A stretch of DNA of 64,000 nt from Camelus dromedarius (Eukaryota): NCBI RefSeq assembly GCF_036321535.1, contig NC_087436.1, positions 20,338,001 through 20,402,000 on the forward strand. Reading direction: 5' to 3'. Under the pieces are notes generated by a model. That model was not told the DNA's origin. It worked only from the letters and a program-made list of their open reading frames with translations, and did not search any database. Below, piece by piece: positions 49,703 through 61,230 of this stretch. Made by a program: the position numbers and the translations under genes. Position 1 is the stretch's first letter. Each line of letters opens with the position of its first letter.

Positions 49703-51711
49703 AAAGTCTGCTGCTTATAAAACTAATTATAAAACTAATACTACAGAATCCGCTCATTTTAGGAATTCAGTATTTAATCTCTACAGCTTAAGTACTACTT
49801 TACTTTCAATTCCTCTGTGGGTTTAAAAGGCAAGCCATGTTTTAAAAAAAACCACAAAAAAAGCAAGCCATGTTGTAAGAGGTGGCAATACTGGGTAAAT
49901 TCTTTTTCAGTGTAATGAGAAATATATATAAAGTATATATTTTTAAAGAAAGAAAAGCAATTTTTCTTTTGACTTGCAACTAGAGTTTTCTAAAAGTGAT
50001 TCCAAAGTGTTCATTTCTTTACAAAATGTACAAAATTTACTACTGGGACAAGAAAACTCATTCAGGTCACAGTAACTTTTGTATTCTCTAAAAACAGCAC
50101 AGTTGGAGATAAACTCTTTAAACATTAAGAAATCAAAATTAGAAGCTCGAAAGAAAAGAGACTGTATGAGTCATTAATTGTCTGCAGCAAGTACTGAAAA
50201 CAAATTACTAAAATAGAGTTTTCAGTAATTTGCACTGGGCTCTCACCATCAGGTGAGAGTCAGCCTTGACCCCATTCCAGAGTCTATTTGATCACATGTC
50301 TAAACTCTCCAGTACCCCCCCCGCCCCCCGCCCCAGTATTCTCCTGACACACCACGGCCTCAAGACTGTAGTAGATTTTACGATTAATCGCGTACTTAAA
50401 TGATTAGGACACCGGATGCTGTTGTACTTAGCAAAATAAAATTCTGGTGTCACAAAAACATACTGATAAATTCTGGGATCTAAAGCAAAAATTGTCATTC
50501 CACTTCAGAGGGTGGGAAGTTGAGCAGGAAGGCTCCAGTAAGCATTGCTGGAATCCAGGGCAAGTCCAGCACGTTATCAGGCAATTACAAGATGAGTTTT
50601 TAAGAAAAAAAAAATCTTTTCACCACCAGCGACACCTCTTTGTGTTGGGGTGGGCAGCTACAGTGGCAGGGTAAACCAAAATGCCTGCGGCAAAAGCATC
50701 GTCTTGCCACAGCGCGTGAGCTGTACTTCTCATCTCTAATAGGAATCAGCAGTTCACGGCTGATTTATGGACAGCCTGTGTCGCTCTGCACGGTGCCAGT
50801 TCCAGGAGCCTTCGCCAATTAGCTCTATTTTCTGCTTAAGCCGTTAAAGCCACCTCCATGGAAACGCCAGGAGAAGAGGCCGGGGGGGAGGGGAGCAGAC
50901 AGGTGCGCCCTCTGTTTGGAAATACACAAAGGGCCGACCCAGCGGCCTCCGTGTCCCTGGCAACTCCGCGCACGCTGGGCGCGCGCACTTCCCGCGGCCC
51001 CGCGGCGCAGTGGGCGGCGGGCGGGGCGGCGCGCGCAGGTCGCCGCGCGTCGGCTGGCGGAGACCCTCGGCCTGCTCGCGGACGCGGTGCCCGGGAAGCG
51101 CGAAGCTGGCTCCGGGCGGTGGCGGCCTCGGCGCCCGCGCTGTAGGGACTTGTAGTTCGCGTGCCTCGCGGGCGCCTCCCCCGGGTAGGCCGGCCGCGCG
51201 TCCCCGCCCGCCGCAGGCCGACTTCCTGCCGCTGCCCAAACTACACCTCCCGCCGTCCTCTCCGCTGTCGGGCCGAAAGCGAAAACAAATTCTGGGCTGC
51301 GAGGGTGCTGCCCTCCGCCGGGCGCCCCCACCCCCTCCCCGCCCCTCCGGCGCCCTCCTGCGAGGTTCGGAGACGAAAGGCCGCGTCTTTCTCTTTCGGC
51401 TTCCTCGGCTGCCGGTGTGGGTGCCGCGCGGGGGCCGCAGGCCTCCTTTCACCTGAGCCGGCCCCGCGCGCTCGGGCCGCGGGGGTTTCCTCGCCTCAGC
51501 CGGGTCGGGACGAGGAAACTTGTGGGGGCGGCGACCCCCCGCGCAGTTGCTGAGCCGGGCGGCAAGGCCGCCGGGAAGTGACTCCTCGCTCTCGGGTTTC
51601 CGTGAATTTTCCCCTCGGCGCCCCTGGGCGCGTGGTCCCTCGGGAGGCGGCCGCGTGCGCACGGCCATGCACTAGGCAGGGTTCCCCTATGCGCGCGGAC
51701 CGCTGCCTCGG

Positions 51712-51732
51712 GCCGCCGCCGCCGCCGCCGCC
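51712..51732 (+). repeat. (GCC)7 repeat in the OTUD4 5' region
   Basis: directly visible. Confidence 0.9.
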
Positions 51733-51859
51733 TGCCGTCCGCCGCGCCCGAGCCGCCGCCCGAGCCGCCGCCCGTCCCAGGCCGGGGCGTCGAGGAGCCG
51801 GCGGCGAGGCCATGTGGGGCTAGCCCGCGCCACGCCGGGCCTGCAGCGCGACCGGCAAC

Positions 51860-52018
51860 ATGGAGGCGGCCGTCGGCGCCCCCGACGGCGGCGACCAGGG
51901 CGGCGCGGGGCCCCGCGAGGACGCGACGCCCATGGACGCCTATCTGCGGAAACTGGGCTTGTATCGGAAACTGGTCGCCAAGGACGGGTCGTGCCTGTTC
52001 CGGGCCGTGGCGGAGCAG
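51860..52018 (+). CDS. OTUD4: OTU domain-containing protein 4, coding exon 1 (aa 1-53)
   Basis: [53 protein letters not shown]; strong Kozak AACATGG; OTU catalytic motif D42-G-S-C45; donor CAG|GTAATG, phase 0. Confidence 0.97.
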
Positions 52019-55000
52019 GTAATGGGGCGGGGGACGGGGGGAGGCGGCGGGGCCGGGTGGGAAGCGGCGGCCGGCCGGGCCGCCCACGTCCCGGGCTGCG
52101 CGTGGCCCCGCTGTCGTCACAGCGGCCCATTGTCACGCCGGAACGGGACGCTACCCAGGGTCTGGTAGCTCTAAATCGAAACTTAAAAACCTGTGCATGA
52201 ACCGGGTGTCGGCCCTCCTGGTGAAGAGGTGACGAGTGGAGGACAGCCCGCGAGGCCTGCCGAGAAGCCTGCTTGATGGCTGGGGACTTGGCGAAATGCT
52301 GTTTCCTCCTCCTGTTCCGCATTCATCCTCTCTTGGTTTTTTAAGCACAGCGTTCACACCAGTAAACCAAATGTTTACTAGAGGAGGTGGTGCACCGGGC
52401 TTGACTCGTGGAACATGATTTTTTCCTCTTACCGGACTTTGGAATGTGGGTAGCCGTCCCGCCGATGTCCACCTGAATCAGGAGGGGGAAAATGTGCAGT
52501 TTGGGAAAGCCAGCCTTTTGAAAATATAGTGTGTTTTAAAATAATTGTCTTTGAGTTGATTTCACACTTTTTTTCTTTTAAATGCTCTGCAAGGCTTTGT
52601 AGGTATACTGTAAATATTTGACTTAAAAAAGTGTTTTGTTGTTGCTAGTAGGAAGGATATACCTGGGGTTCTTTAGGCCCTGGACAAAATCACTTTTAAC
52701 AAAGTTTTTGGGAGGGTATTTCTGATTTTTTTTTTTTTTTTGGTAAGAGAGCTTATTATGTATTATATAACACTGTGTAGTTGGTAGGTATGCAGCCACC
52801 AAAACCGATCCTATATTGAAAAATAGCTGTTGAAATAGTTGGACAGAAGTTTCACATTACTGCCTTGGTGTGTTTCCTACCGTTCGCAGGTTGCTTTCCT
52901 TTGGCCTAAGATCCGCCCCTCCTTCCTCGCCTCCTTGGAGTTTTTCTGTTTGTCTTTCTGTCACCTTTTTTGAATGCTAAGTAGCTTGCAAAATTCCTAT
53001 TTGTGAGTGAATGTTTAACTAACATCTATAGATTATTCTATTCGCATTGTTTTCAGCACAAAAAGGCCAGCTATTTGTTTTTTAAAGGCCCTCGTTTTCA
53101 CATCCAGAGCATAAGATGCTTTTCTTTTTCTTTTTTTTAAAGAAAAAACAAGAAATTGATTTAACTGGTCCACACCTTTGCATTTTATTGCAGGCATTGT
53201 CATTCAGACATTCTTCGCAATGCTCCTCAGATCTAACTGTGTCTTTCAGTTCATTAGTTTTCTCTTTTTAGAAATTTAGGTTGTTCTAACGTTGCTGTGG
53301 GGTATGTCCACACATACACAGAGCACTTATCTTTACTATTAGTAATAGTCCCATTATGGAGTTTTCCACATCTCTGTTTTCCACATCCCTGGACCTCTCG
53401 GCACCTCCAGAAGCAGAGGGAAGAGGTAGAAGTGAGTTCAGCCTCTATTTACACATAGTTAGCTCTAGGAAGAGTCTGGTAGGGAAGCAGGTGGAAACCA
53501 AGAGAAATAAGGCAACTATGGTGCATATTTGGAGTTGGATCATCCACATCCTAGTTTGTGCTGAAGCAGAAAGGTGTGTCTGGTTTCAGTACTACATGCC
53601 ATAGATAATTGGCAAATTTGATTATACAGAATCTCTCTATTTTTAAGTAGAAAGGAACACAAGCTGGCTGATTACACTAAACTCATCGCTAACATCAGCT
53701 AACACATTTTATTGTATATTATTGTGATGGGATTTAAGTCAGGCATAAGGGACTGTCCCTTCCAAATACGTGACTCGACTTAGGGTATACTGAGCTTTTA
53801 GAAAGCTTAATACCATGAATTTTGGGGGAAGCTCAGTTCTTCAGGAGACATGGACTAAAGATGTAGCCTTCATGGCCAAAGGCAGTGTGTGTGTTGGGGG
53901 AGGGGGCAAGGGGAGGGGAGTAACAGCAGCCTCAGGCTGCCCTTTAAAAATACGTACAGAGGATTGACTTTTTTGGTGTACGATTTCTCCAATTATATCT
54001 AAGTAATTTATCACTTCTAACAAGGAGTCAGGGTAAGTAATCTAAATGGCAGTCTTTGAGGGGAGAGTCTTGAATTAGGAGAAGTGTCTCCCTCCAAATT
54101 ACCCGATTTAGATAGGCCCTTCCCTTTTTACACTTCTGGACTTGGGCCTGCAGGAGGCCTGACCTGAATCAGCTCTGTGGCCATGGAGCTAAAAATAGGG
54201 CGCTCTGAGAGGACTTGCTAAAGCAGTGTCTCAGCCTTTCTCAGTGTTTATCACTGTCTGTCCTAAGACTGGAGAGCCTCCTATTTCTAGCTTATCTTCA
54301 CGTATACAGTAATTTGCAAAGATATTTGTCATGCCATTTGAATTCTTCCTGAATGTCCCTGAACCTGCACAACATTATGCTTTTTAAACAGTTGTCATTT
54401 AACTTTGCTTCTCTTAACAGTGCTTGGCTTACAGTAAAGCTCCGGCACCCCACGCTTGATGCAGATTGCTGAGAGTTTTGCTTCTGAGTAACAGGTTCAG
54501 ATTTCATGTGCTAATAAAATCTTTGTTAAAAGAGGAGAGAAAGCAAGAGATATGCCTGCCATTGTTTTTGATGGAAAATAAGCTTTACTCACTTATGTCT
54601 GCCACCTGTTGCTAGGTAAATGGCTTTAAGACTAGCTTCTCTTTACTAATGGCAGGAAGGCCCTATCAGATGACACTGTGGTTTACTCAGACTAATACCT
54701 TGATTCACAGTCGTGTCTAACAAAGCTTCTGTGAAAGGAGTGTTGCTGAATGTCGTTTGTTGAATTGGCAAAAAAAAAAAAAATGTGTGATGGCTATTTT
54801 TACATATGTAGTCCTTCCAGTGCTGGAAGCTTAGAATAGGTAAGGATGCTTTTTAGTAGTTCCTAAGACGCAATGTTTATGTTCTTTAAGCTGAATTCCA
54901 GCTGGTGTACTGGAAAGTGACTCATTGCTAACCTCAGCTAGTGCATCTTCAGTGTATCTCAACGTAAAGGGACGTACTAGCCGTCCAGACAGTTCTGCCT

Positions 55001-56196
55001 CTGGTTTTGTGGGTATAAATGAGCTTTGGCTGCTATCCACAAAGCCCTGTAAAATGTGCAGCTAGCTGGAGCTTCCCTTGTCTTGAATTCTCTGCTCATC
55101 CTGAACATAAGGGAGAATCACTGAATTGGAGCTGCAGCTCTTAAAGCTTCTTTGTAGTAGATTCTCAAGAGGCCTTGATAGTAGTTTGAGATAATGGTTA
55201 TTTTAAGTGTCAGTGTTTTTTTTTTTTTTTTTTTGCCCGTACCTTAACCTTGTAGGGTACCAGGAGCACCTTCGTTTGAGACACTTAGTAATAGGAAAAA
55301 ATTTTGAGTATGGTAGTTAAACGTATGGTAGTATTGGAGACTAGCCAAGAGGTTCCTAACCATTTGATGATATTAGTTGGTTTTAAACCAAAGCCTTAGA
55401 ATTTTAGTAAGACAAAATACTAGTAGGTTATCCTTTCGTTGAACTGGTTGTTTAACAGAAGAATACAGAGGCTACATAGTGAGAGGATTTGGATCATCTT
55501 TGTAGTGTGGCTTACTTCTTTCAGGTGGTGCTGTAAGATTTGGGGCTTAAGAGCAAATTTCAAGGCTGCTGGACGACAGCACACAGGGGCACATTTGCAT
55601 CCTGTGTGCTACTCGCTGCGTGTTCTTCCAAGAATCATGTAAGCCTGACAGCTAAGGATTTAGGAATGAGTGCCTTAATTTCTCTGAAACCACAATGGAC
55701 TTGAATTTATATATGAGGCAACTCATTCAAAACTACTGGGAAAAAGAAATTTATCTCTTATGGACTTAAAGCTTCTTAAAACGGGGATTTTTGTTGAAGT
55801 TGCCTATTTGTTCTCCTTACCAACAAGCATAGGATGAAGCTAAGCCCCGAGTAGCAGGAATTCTGTTAGCCCTGCTTCGTGAAGAGCAGTTATAGTAGAG
55901 AGCTGGCCGAGAGAAGAGTGTCTTAAGTTTACAAAGATTTCCTCAAAGGAGTGATTTCAGTGACCTAAAGGAAAGTGGTATTGAGCTCTTGGTAGGATGA
56001 CACCTGGCTTATGAAGTGCTCCTGTTGTATGTGTATGTGTTTGGGGAAGAGGTGGGAATGAGTCACGAGCTAGAACTCAGAGTAGGGGAGGTGGAGGCTG
56101 GTGCCTGTTGGTCCTGAGGTCGCGCTGGGTGAGAGGAGGCCTGCCGGCAGGACTTGAATCTCAGGTGCTCAGTGGTGTGTGCCTCTTCCTCTGCAG

Positions 56197-56280
56197 GTGC
56201 TGCACTCTCAGTCTCGCCACGTTGAAGTCCGGATGGCCTGTATCCATTATCTCCGAGAGAACCGAGAGAAATTTGAAGAG
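56197..56280 (+). CDS. OTUD4: OTUD4 coding exon 2 (aa 54-81)
   Basis: acceptor cctcttcctctgcag|; VLHSQSRHVEVRMACIHYLRENREKFEE; donor GAG|GTAATT; 84 bp. Confidence 0.96.
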
Positions 56281-58748
56281 GTAATTTGTAATTTTAGACA
56301 TGTAATGGTGTCTTGCCTTAAATTTACGTTTCACTTTTTAGAAGTGGTCTAGTGGGAATTTCACAGGTTGGATCTTAATGTAGCTGATGAAGACAACCTT
56401 TATAAAAAAGAACTGCTTTACTGAATTCAAATCCAGTTATTTTCAGTTGTGATTTTTTTAAAGGCCATTTTATGGTGTTTGTTTATTCAGACATTTAGAA
56501 AGCTTCTGTAACAGATCAGACCCTGAGCAGTGGAGGATGGAAGGATGACTCGGGGAGGATCTGTATGTATTTAGAGTGAGCTTTGTCTGACATGATCAGG
56601 GAATTGGGTGTGTGGTTAACAGCATTCTGTGATTGGTGACCGCCTATGAATTTTAAAAATTGCAGACTTGGAATATAAAACATGCTGAGCATAGCTAATG
56701 CTGAGCCTTTGATTTTTATCAGATTAATAGATTTTTAATTTTCAGGGTTCATCATTGGGAATCGCATATCAGAACACTGTAATTTTAACGATTAGTAGTT
56801 AATAGAATGTAGCAGTTAATTAGTAGTTAACGGAATAGCAACTTGCTGTAATTTCCTCAGTAGTACGTAGTAGGCTATGAAATAAGATGCCACAGTGACC
56901 TATTTTCATTTTACATCGAAAACCTTATAAGATTTACTAATTATTGGTTTTATGACCTACATCATCTGACAACTTTCAGTGGAATTTTCCCCTGTTGACT
57001 GCCAAAGGAACATAGATGCTTTGCATGTAACTCAATTCTAAGACTTAGTAGGTAAACAGTTCTTAGTTTAGATGCGCGCTTGGGTTTGAGTTCCTATATT
57101 TAAGCGAAATATTACTACTGGTGACATTTTTCTGGGTGCCGTGTTATCAGATGCACAGTAATACATTCCAGGAAGGAGAGTTACCTGCTTGATCAGATTT
57201 GAAAACTTTTCTTCTTAAAAAAAAAAAACAACAAAAAACTGGTAATGTGAAGGCTAGATGAGAGAGTGTTATGGTATGATGGTGAAGACAGCAGGGAAGT
57301 AGAGTGGTTTTTAAGTATTTGAAGAAATTACAAGTGAATGAGTTATTTTTGGCCAAAAGGTTAAACTCTGTTGGCAATAATGGAAATTGCTGATACTGAT
57401 TGAGCACTGATTGTGTGCCCGCAGGCGTTGTGTGAAGTTCTTTGTGTGTGTTATTTGGCCTTTACAATCTTGGGAGGTATGATCGGAGGCTGAAAGTTCC
57501 GAAGGGGAAGGTTTCACTTTTCCATACAATGAATTCCTCTGACAGTTTCTGTTGGCCGGTATTGGGAAAGGCCTCCTAGGAAGAGGAGGTGCGCCTGGTT
57601 ACTTACTGACAGTGCTTAGTCAGGGCTTAAGGTAGGTACTTTCTGATTAGAAAGGACAGTCTCAGATTGGATACGGGCTTGTGTCTCTTCCAGCTTTAAA
57701 TGGGTTCTGTGGGTTTTTGTTTCTTTAAGTCTACAAATAATCACTAGATATAGAACAGTCTCTGATTGGTGGGATATTTAAAATGTGTGACTACTTTTTT
57801 ATAAATATGTGTTGAAACTTAGGATACTTTTTGGAAATTTGACAGTATATGATATATAGAAGAATTATATCTCAGTCTTAACAAAAAAAATCCATGGGCA
57901 TTTAAAAGATTTTTATAGACCAGCGAGTGTACTGTAATGTTTTTAAGTGTATCACTTTGCTAAATTAACTGGGACTGTAATTTAAATAAAGTTGAATTTG
58001 GTGCTTCAGACAAATGTCTTTCTCAATTAAATTAGTGCAACTGCTAGGAGAAAAGCAAAAAACATTATTACATAGTTTGAAGAAACTCACTTTTATCTTT
58101 ACGTTAAAGTAACAGTGAAGCACACTATTGGAAAACTCTCGTTGATTCTTCAGAGTATCTTTAGTGTTATTACTTCTCAACCTTGTTTTTAGGGTAACTG
58201 ACCTAAGAGACTGTGAATATTTATATCTATTAGTAAACTAATATTCCTGTCTTTGTTTAATTCTCTCCTATGCATTGGCCGTGACCATAGTTAAGTACTG
58301 CTTTTATCATGTAATTTGTTTATGGTGTCACCTGAAGTGACCTTGAATTGCCTTCTCCCTCAATCAAAGTCCTGGGCTCCAGGCCCTCCATAAACAGGTG
58401 CCCAGTTGAGTCCCTCCCTCATTGTGCTCTCCCTACCTGCTTGCCCTGTTCCTGCTCGCCGGGCGGCTCCTGTGCTCCCAGCACAGTGCTCTCCCTGCCC
58501 CTCCTGCTGTGCTGTCCCTGTGTGCCTCCACATCCTGTCCAGGAAATGCTTTCTGACGGTGTTTCCTTCTTTAAATTCTTTTGTATGTTTTATGATGATT
58601 TGTATATATTTGCATAATTAGATTTTGTGTATGTATAATTAACTATTACTGGTGTATCCAAGGTTTGTGTAAAAAACTCAGTAATTCACAGTGAAGAGGT
58701 TGACTGTTGCTTTTATGTATTCTTAATAGACTTTTTCTTTTTTTGCAG

Positions 58749-58799
58749 TTTATAGAAGGGTCATTTGAAGAGTATTTAAAACGTTTGGAAAATCCACAG
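58749..58799 (+). CDS. OTUD4: OTUD4 coding exon 3 (aa 82-98)
   Basis: acceptor tttttgcag|; FIEGSFEEYLKRLENPQ; donor CAG|GTATGC; 51 bp. Confidence 0.96.
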
Positions 58800-61230
58800 G
58801 TATGCAGTCATCTTCTAGTATATTTATTTTTTATATATTTAAATAATATATTCAAAGTTCATTATAACATGCACTTAATATTACAGGGTATGGAGGGGAT
58901 TCCTTATAAACATTTTCTGTTAGGTGCACATTTTATCCGGCATTTAATTAGAAGACAGAGCTGTGTACTGTGCACTGAATGTTGCCTCCCAAAGGAGAGA
59001 GTCGTGCTGTCTTTACCTGTCATGACAGCGTGTGATTGTAGCATAAAAGACCAAAAATAACACTGCCGGTGGTTTCAGGGTGCTGTGTGGGTGTGTGTAC
59101 GGGGCGCGATACTTGATGCTTCCTTAGGCAGCTAAGAAGACAGGTTCCTCATGGAGGCTGCGTGCCCTGTGGTCAGCGTGAGGAGGAGGAAGGGACAGCA
59201 CTTCGCCCCAGTCCCGCTGCCAGCGCACTCAGTCATTTTCAAGTGGGAAGAATTTTTTTTTCCTGTTTACAAAACTATTCTTACTGTAAAAATCCAGATG
59301 TAATGAAATGCCCTGCAGAATGCCATGTAGACTGTTCCATCATCCCCAGAGGTCATCACTGTTCAGTTTAAGAGGACGCTAGCAAAGGAAGAAGCTGAGG
59401 GGAGGAGTCAGGGAAGAGGGAATAATAACATAGGAATAGGGCGTTTAGTCAACGTTTGGTGTCTCCGTTTGACTCTCTAACTCCTGTTTGGGTGCTTGTT
59501 GTGGGCCAGGAATTGCCAGGCACGCGGGATGCAGAGGTGCCTGGGATTTGGATGTTGTTCGTAGGAGTTCCCTTACAGTAGAGAAGAATACCTACTACAG
59601 GGGAGAAAGTGCCTGTGTACCGGAAGTGTGGACGTGGTGCTGTAGGCATTTCAGTTTTACTTCCCGCTCGGTAGGCAAAGCAGGAGTTGGAGAGTGAGTG
59701 GGCATTCGAAGTCTGAATAGATTCTGGGTAGGAAATGCCCATGGTGGAGGGCGTTGCCAGGTAGTGAACACTGTGAACAGGGCAGACTCAGAAAGCACTT
59801 GGGGCTGTGAGCAGCCTGCAGCCCAGGCAGGCGGGAGGTGGGGAGGAGTGTGAGGGCCGGCTGTGGCCAGCCATGGGGGCGCTCCAGGCCCGGGAGCTGC
59901 AGGCCCGGCTCAGCAGCTTGGAGCTTGTGCTTCAGGCCAGCATCTCTCAGAGCGACCTCCAGGCCGTGTGCATCAGGGGAAATGCAGGTCCCTGGCCCCT
60001 GTTCCAGACCCAAAGTCTCCGTGCCTGGGGCCTGGGAATCTGGCATTGGGAAGTCTTCAAGTTTTTGGAGACAGGAAGGAAGTAAGTATGTTTTCTTCAC
60101 TGCTGTGAATGGGGAAGAGTGCCCGGCATCTTTGTTGACTGACTGAATAGATGGATGCAACACTTGTGTAAAGATAGTTTGGATGTAGATGAGACCAGAG
60201 GCAGAAAGACCGATTTCAATGGCATTAAAAAAAATTGTGTAATACATGGGAAAGTGGGCACACTATATTAAGTGTAAAAAAAGGAACAAGTATAGTATTA
60301 CTCCAGTTTTGGAGACGAATACTCTCTGAAGGCCTTTTCTCTAAATCCACTCCTGACAACATTTTAGAAAATTTAAAACTGAGTTTTGCCCTCAAAAAAT
60401 GATCATAAATTCATTTTCCTGAAGTTTTTGCTTTTTTCTCTTCATTTATAAGCCTCTTTGATGGCAAGGATTATATATTTTACTGCCTTTGGACTTCCCA
60501 TCATTGCCTGTCCATTTGGAGTGCCTCATCGATGATCCGTTGGTGCGAGCTGAATGAATGTTAAATCCGTGTCGCATTGTCTGTTACAGGATAAACGCCA
60601 GCATGTTGCCTCTTGGTAGTAGTATAACTGGTGATTTTTATTTCCTTTATAGAAGATGAAGGAAATGACAAAGGCTATTTATTAATTTTTAATCAGAAAA
60701 AAACCCCGGGATATTATTGTATAGTGATCTCTGCACAGCAGTTGAAGCTGTTGGCCTGTGAGGGTCTGAGAAAGGATAGAAGAGACATCGTGGGAGTGGA
60801 GAGGGGAGGGGTCAGAAGGAGGAAACGAGGTGCTGTGGCCTGAGCTGAGATTGACTTGGGGGTCTGCAGGAGAGGAGGCAGGGAAAGTTGCTTCCGTTTT
60901 TGAGCACATGGGACAGGTGTCTCCTTCCCAGTGTGCTGGCTAGCTGGATTTTCTTATTCTTTGGACACTCTCCTTCCCAGTGTGATCACAACCCTTCTCC
61001 AGATGTTTTAGGAACCTTCTGAAAAGTCGTTTGTTCCTTGTTATTAGCAACAGATGTTTTTGTCTTCATTTGTTTCTTTCTACCTGATATATGGAATGTA
61101 TGAAATGAAAAGGGAAATACAGTTGATAAACTCCATTGCTTCATCCAGTTCAGAGAAAGCCCCTTACCCTTTTACTTAAAAATACCAGTGGAGCATTTTG
61201 AAAAATGCCTCAAACTTTTTGCAAGAATAT

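Larger units (their letters stand above)
50850..52330. promoter_or_regulatory. OTUD4: CpG island / OTUD4 promoter and first exon
   Basis: very high GC and CpG density against an AT-rich, CpG-poor background; GC boxes (GGGGCGG), ETS-like GGAAGTG/ACTTCC and ZNF143-type ACTACA..TCCC motifs. Confidence 0.95.

Noticed and set aside
50825..52322. Long overlapping ORFs (up to 274 aa) on both strands around the promoter
   Set aside because: Arg/Pro/Gly/Ala-rich, low-complexity translations expected from stop-poor CpG-island DNA; only 51860-52018 matches a real protein
60920..60984. 16-bp direct repeat TCTCCTTCCCAGTGTG, plus other short duplications (17275, 47588, 53361)
   Set aside because: Two-copy local slippage duplications; not an array and no functional sign
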